A stretch of DNA of 64,000 nucleotides. Source: Somniosus microcephalus (taxonomy: Eukaryota). Position 1 is the stretch's first letter. Every line of letters starts with the position of its first letter. Both the position numbers and the translations under genes were made by a program. Location of the stretch: NCBI GenBank assembly GCA_052327205.1, contig CM126223.1:66712001-66776000 (forward strand). The letters run 5' to 3'. Under the pieces are notes generated by a model that saw only the letters and a list, made by a program, of their open reading frames with translations, had not been told where the DNA came from and ran no database searches. This document shows, one piece after another, positions 62,751-64,000 of this stretch.

Positions 62751-63440
62751 AGGCTGCACTATGCAGACACGACCACAGTGAGGTAACTTAACTCATTGTT
62801 TCCCACCCCACCCCCATGCTGAAATTTCAGTCACTGCAATTAGTGCGACTGCTGGGGAGTGCTGTTTAAGTGCCTGGTGGGGTCCCATGGGCGTGGGCCT
62901 CTGGAGGTCTGCGTTAATGTGGTCCTAGCTGGCAGTACTATACTTGACTCTGGAGTGCTGTTGCTCAAGTATTCCAGTATTCACCACTGACATTCTTCAT
63001 GTCAATGAGCACCAAATTCTCCCTCCCCCAAAAAGGTTTTTTAAGTTGCAACTTCACTCTGCTGCTGTATTGACCATTCCTAAACACACAGCTCATAACA
63101 CTAGCAAGAACCTACAAGTACTCAACCTGCCTGTTTACGATCAACAGATAAGGCATTTGGTATTAATTGGCCTTTGTATTGCAAATTCTGGTACTGTACC
63201 TTTGTAATCCTAGTGTTTGGAGAATGAAGTATAATATCATTGAGTTATTTATGAAAACAGAAGAATGCCTCCGTGTGTCTCACAATAAATGGCTACCTCT
63301 TAAATATATTGAAAAATATTTTCTGCAAGATGTTTTGAGTGTGAAAAACCGTATGATTGTGTAACTGTTACCAAAGGGCTAGGCTGTCTTTGGCAGAACT
63401 GCAATATGAATTTTCTTCAGTTTGGAAGTAACAATGGCCT

Positions 63441-63927
63441 TGTAATGTATATACCTTTTAAGGGGGGAACTACTTTTTACAGCTCATGTATACGGTAGTA
63501 CCGGCAGTGACCACACCTGTATATAGCGCTGAGTAGTAATCTGTACAGATCAGTTGCAGTGCGAGCCACCTTGAGTAAACACCTGTTGTACCGTTCTCCG
63601 CAGTCTGTGTCTTATTATACACGGACACAACATTGGCGACAAGGCAAGTTCGAACCTACCTGCAACTCCATCATCTCCTGGGGATTAGTTCCTAGAGATC
63701 AGTGGATTGGAGGTCAAGGCCAGAGACTCGGGCGTCGACCACGGGCAACTGCCCAGTCATCCAGCAGAGACTCGAGAATTGCGGGGGAGGCTGTCGAGAG
63801 CCAGGCTTGGCTTTCCAGTCAAGGTGGTCCAGCGAAACGGGCTGGCAACAGGTAGTGCGCAGACCCTTCCCGGACAGCGGCGGGCTAGAGCCCAACCGAG
63901 CGGCACAGCAAAGGGCCGAGCAGCGTC

Positions 63928-63959
<32 letters not shown>

Positions 63960-64000
63960 CAGGGCGCAGCCGGTGTTCAGGGGCCGAGCAGCGTCGGAGA
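63441..64000 (+). mobile_element. Second Mag-like LTR element: 5' LTR 63441-63632, PBS and leader, running off the window
   Basis: TGTAA...CAACA LTR of 192 bp; PBS TGGCGACAAGG at 63634; leader homologous to 54933-55200. Confidence 0.9.

Noticed and set aside
9551-64000. MYO18A exon 3 and the gamma-isoform large exon
   Set aside because: No matching peptide found; presumably beyond the window
1-64000. CRISPR arrays, rRNA or genuine tRNA genes
   Set aside because: Eukaryotic intron; tRNA-like boxes belong to SINE heads and no repeat-spacer array is present

Overview
Vertebrate genomic DNA, almost certainly from a cartilaginous fish (shark-type HE1/V-SINE, SacSINE1/Deu-SINE, CR1, L2 and Penelope repeats). 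The window holds the 5' end of MYO18A on the + strand: a CpG-island promoter with a non-coding first exon (donor at 370/371) and the large first coding exon (8398-9550, ATG 8540; KE-rich, actin-binding and PDZ region). The remaining ~54 kb is intron 2; exon 3 (AKTEEQIAAEEAW-like) was not found. The intron is dense in transposons: a full-length but dead Mag-clade Ty3/Gypsy element (54722-60085) carrying a nested antisense solo LTR and a 31-bp micro-inversion across its PPT/3'-LTR junction, the start of a second related element (63441-end), many hairpin-rich MITEs with GG-starting TIRs and 3-bp TSDs, two Tc1/mariner MITEs, inverted SINE pairs, and tiny TSD-flanked retro-insertions, one carrying a Penelope hammerhead with an apparent U3-A8 covariation. 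A spliced 45-codon uORF is predicted ahead of the MYO18A start. I found no convincing wholly new gene system. All alignments and family calls were made by eye and from memory, so repeat boundaries are approximate unless a TSD or TIR is quoted.
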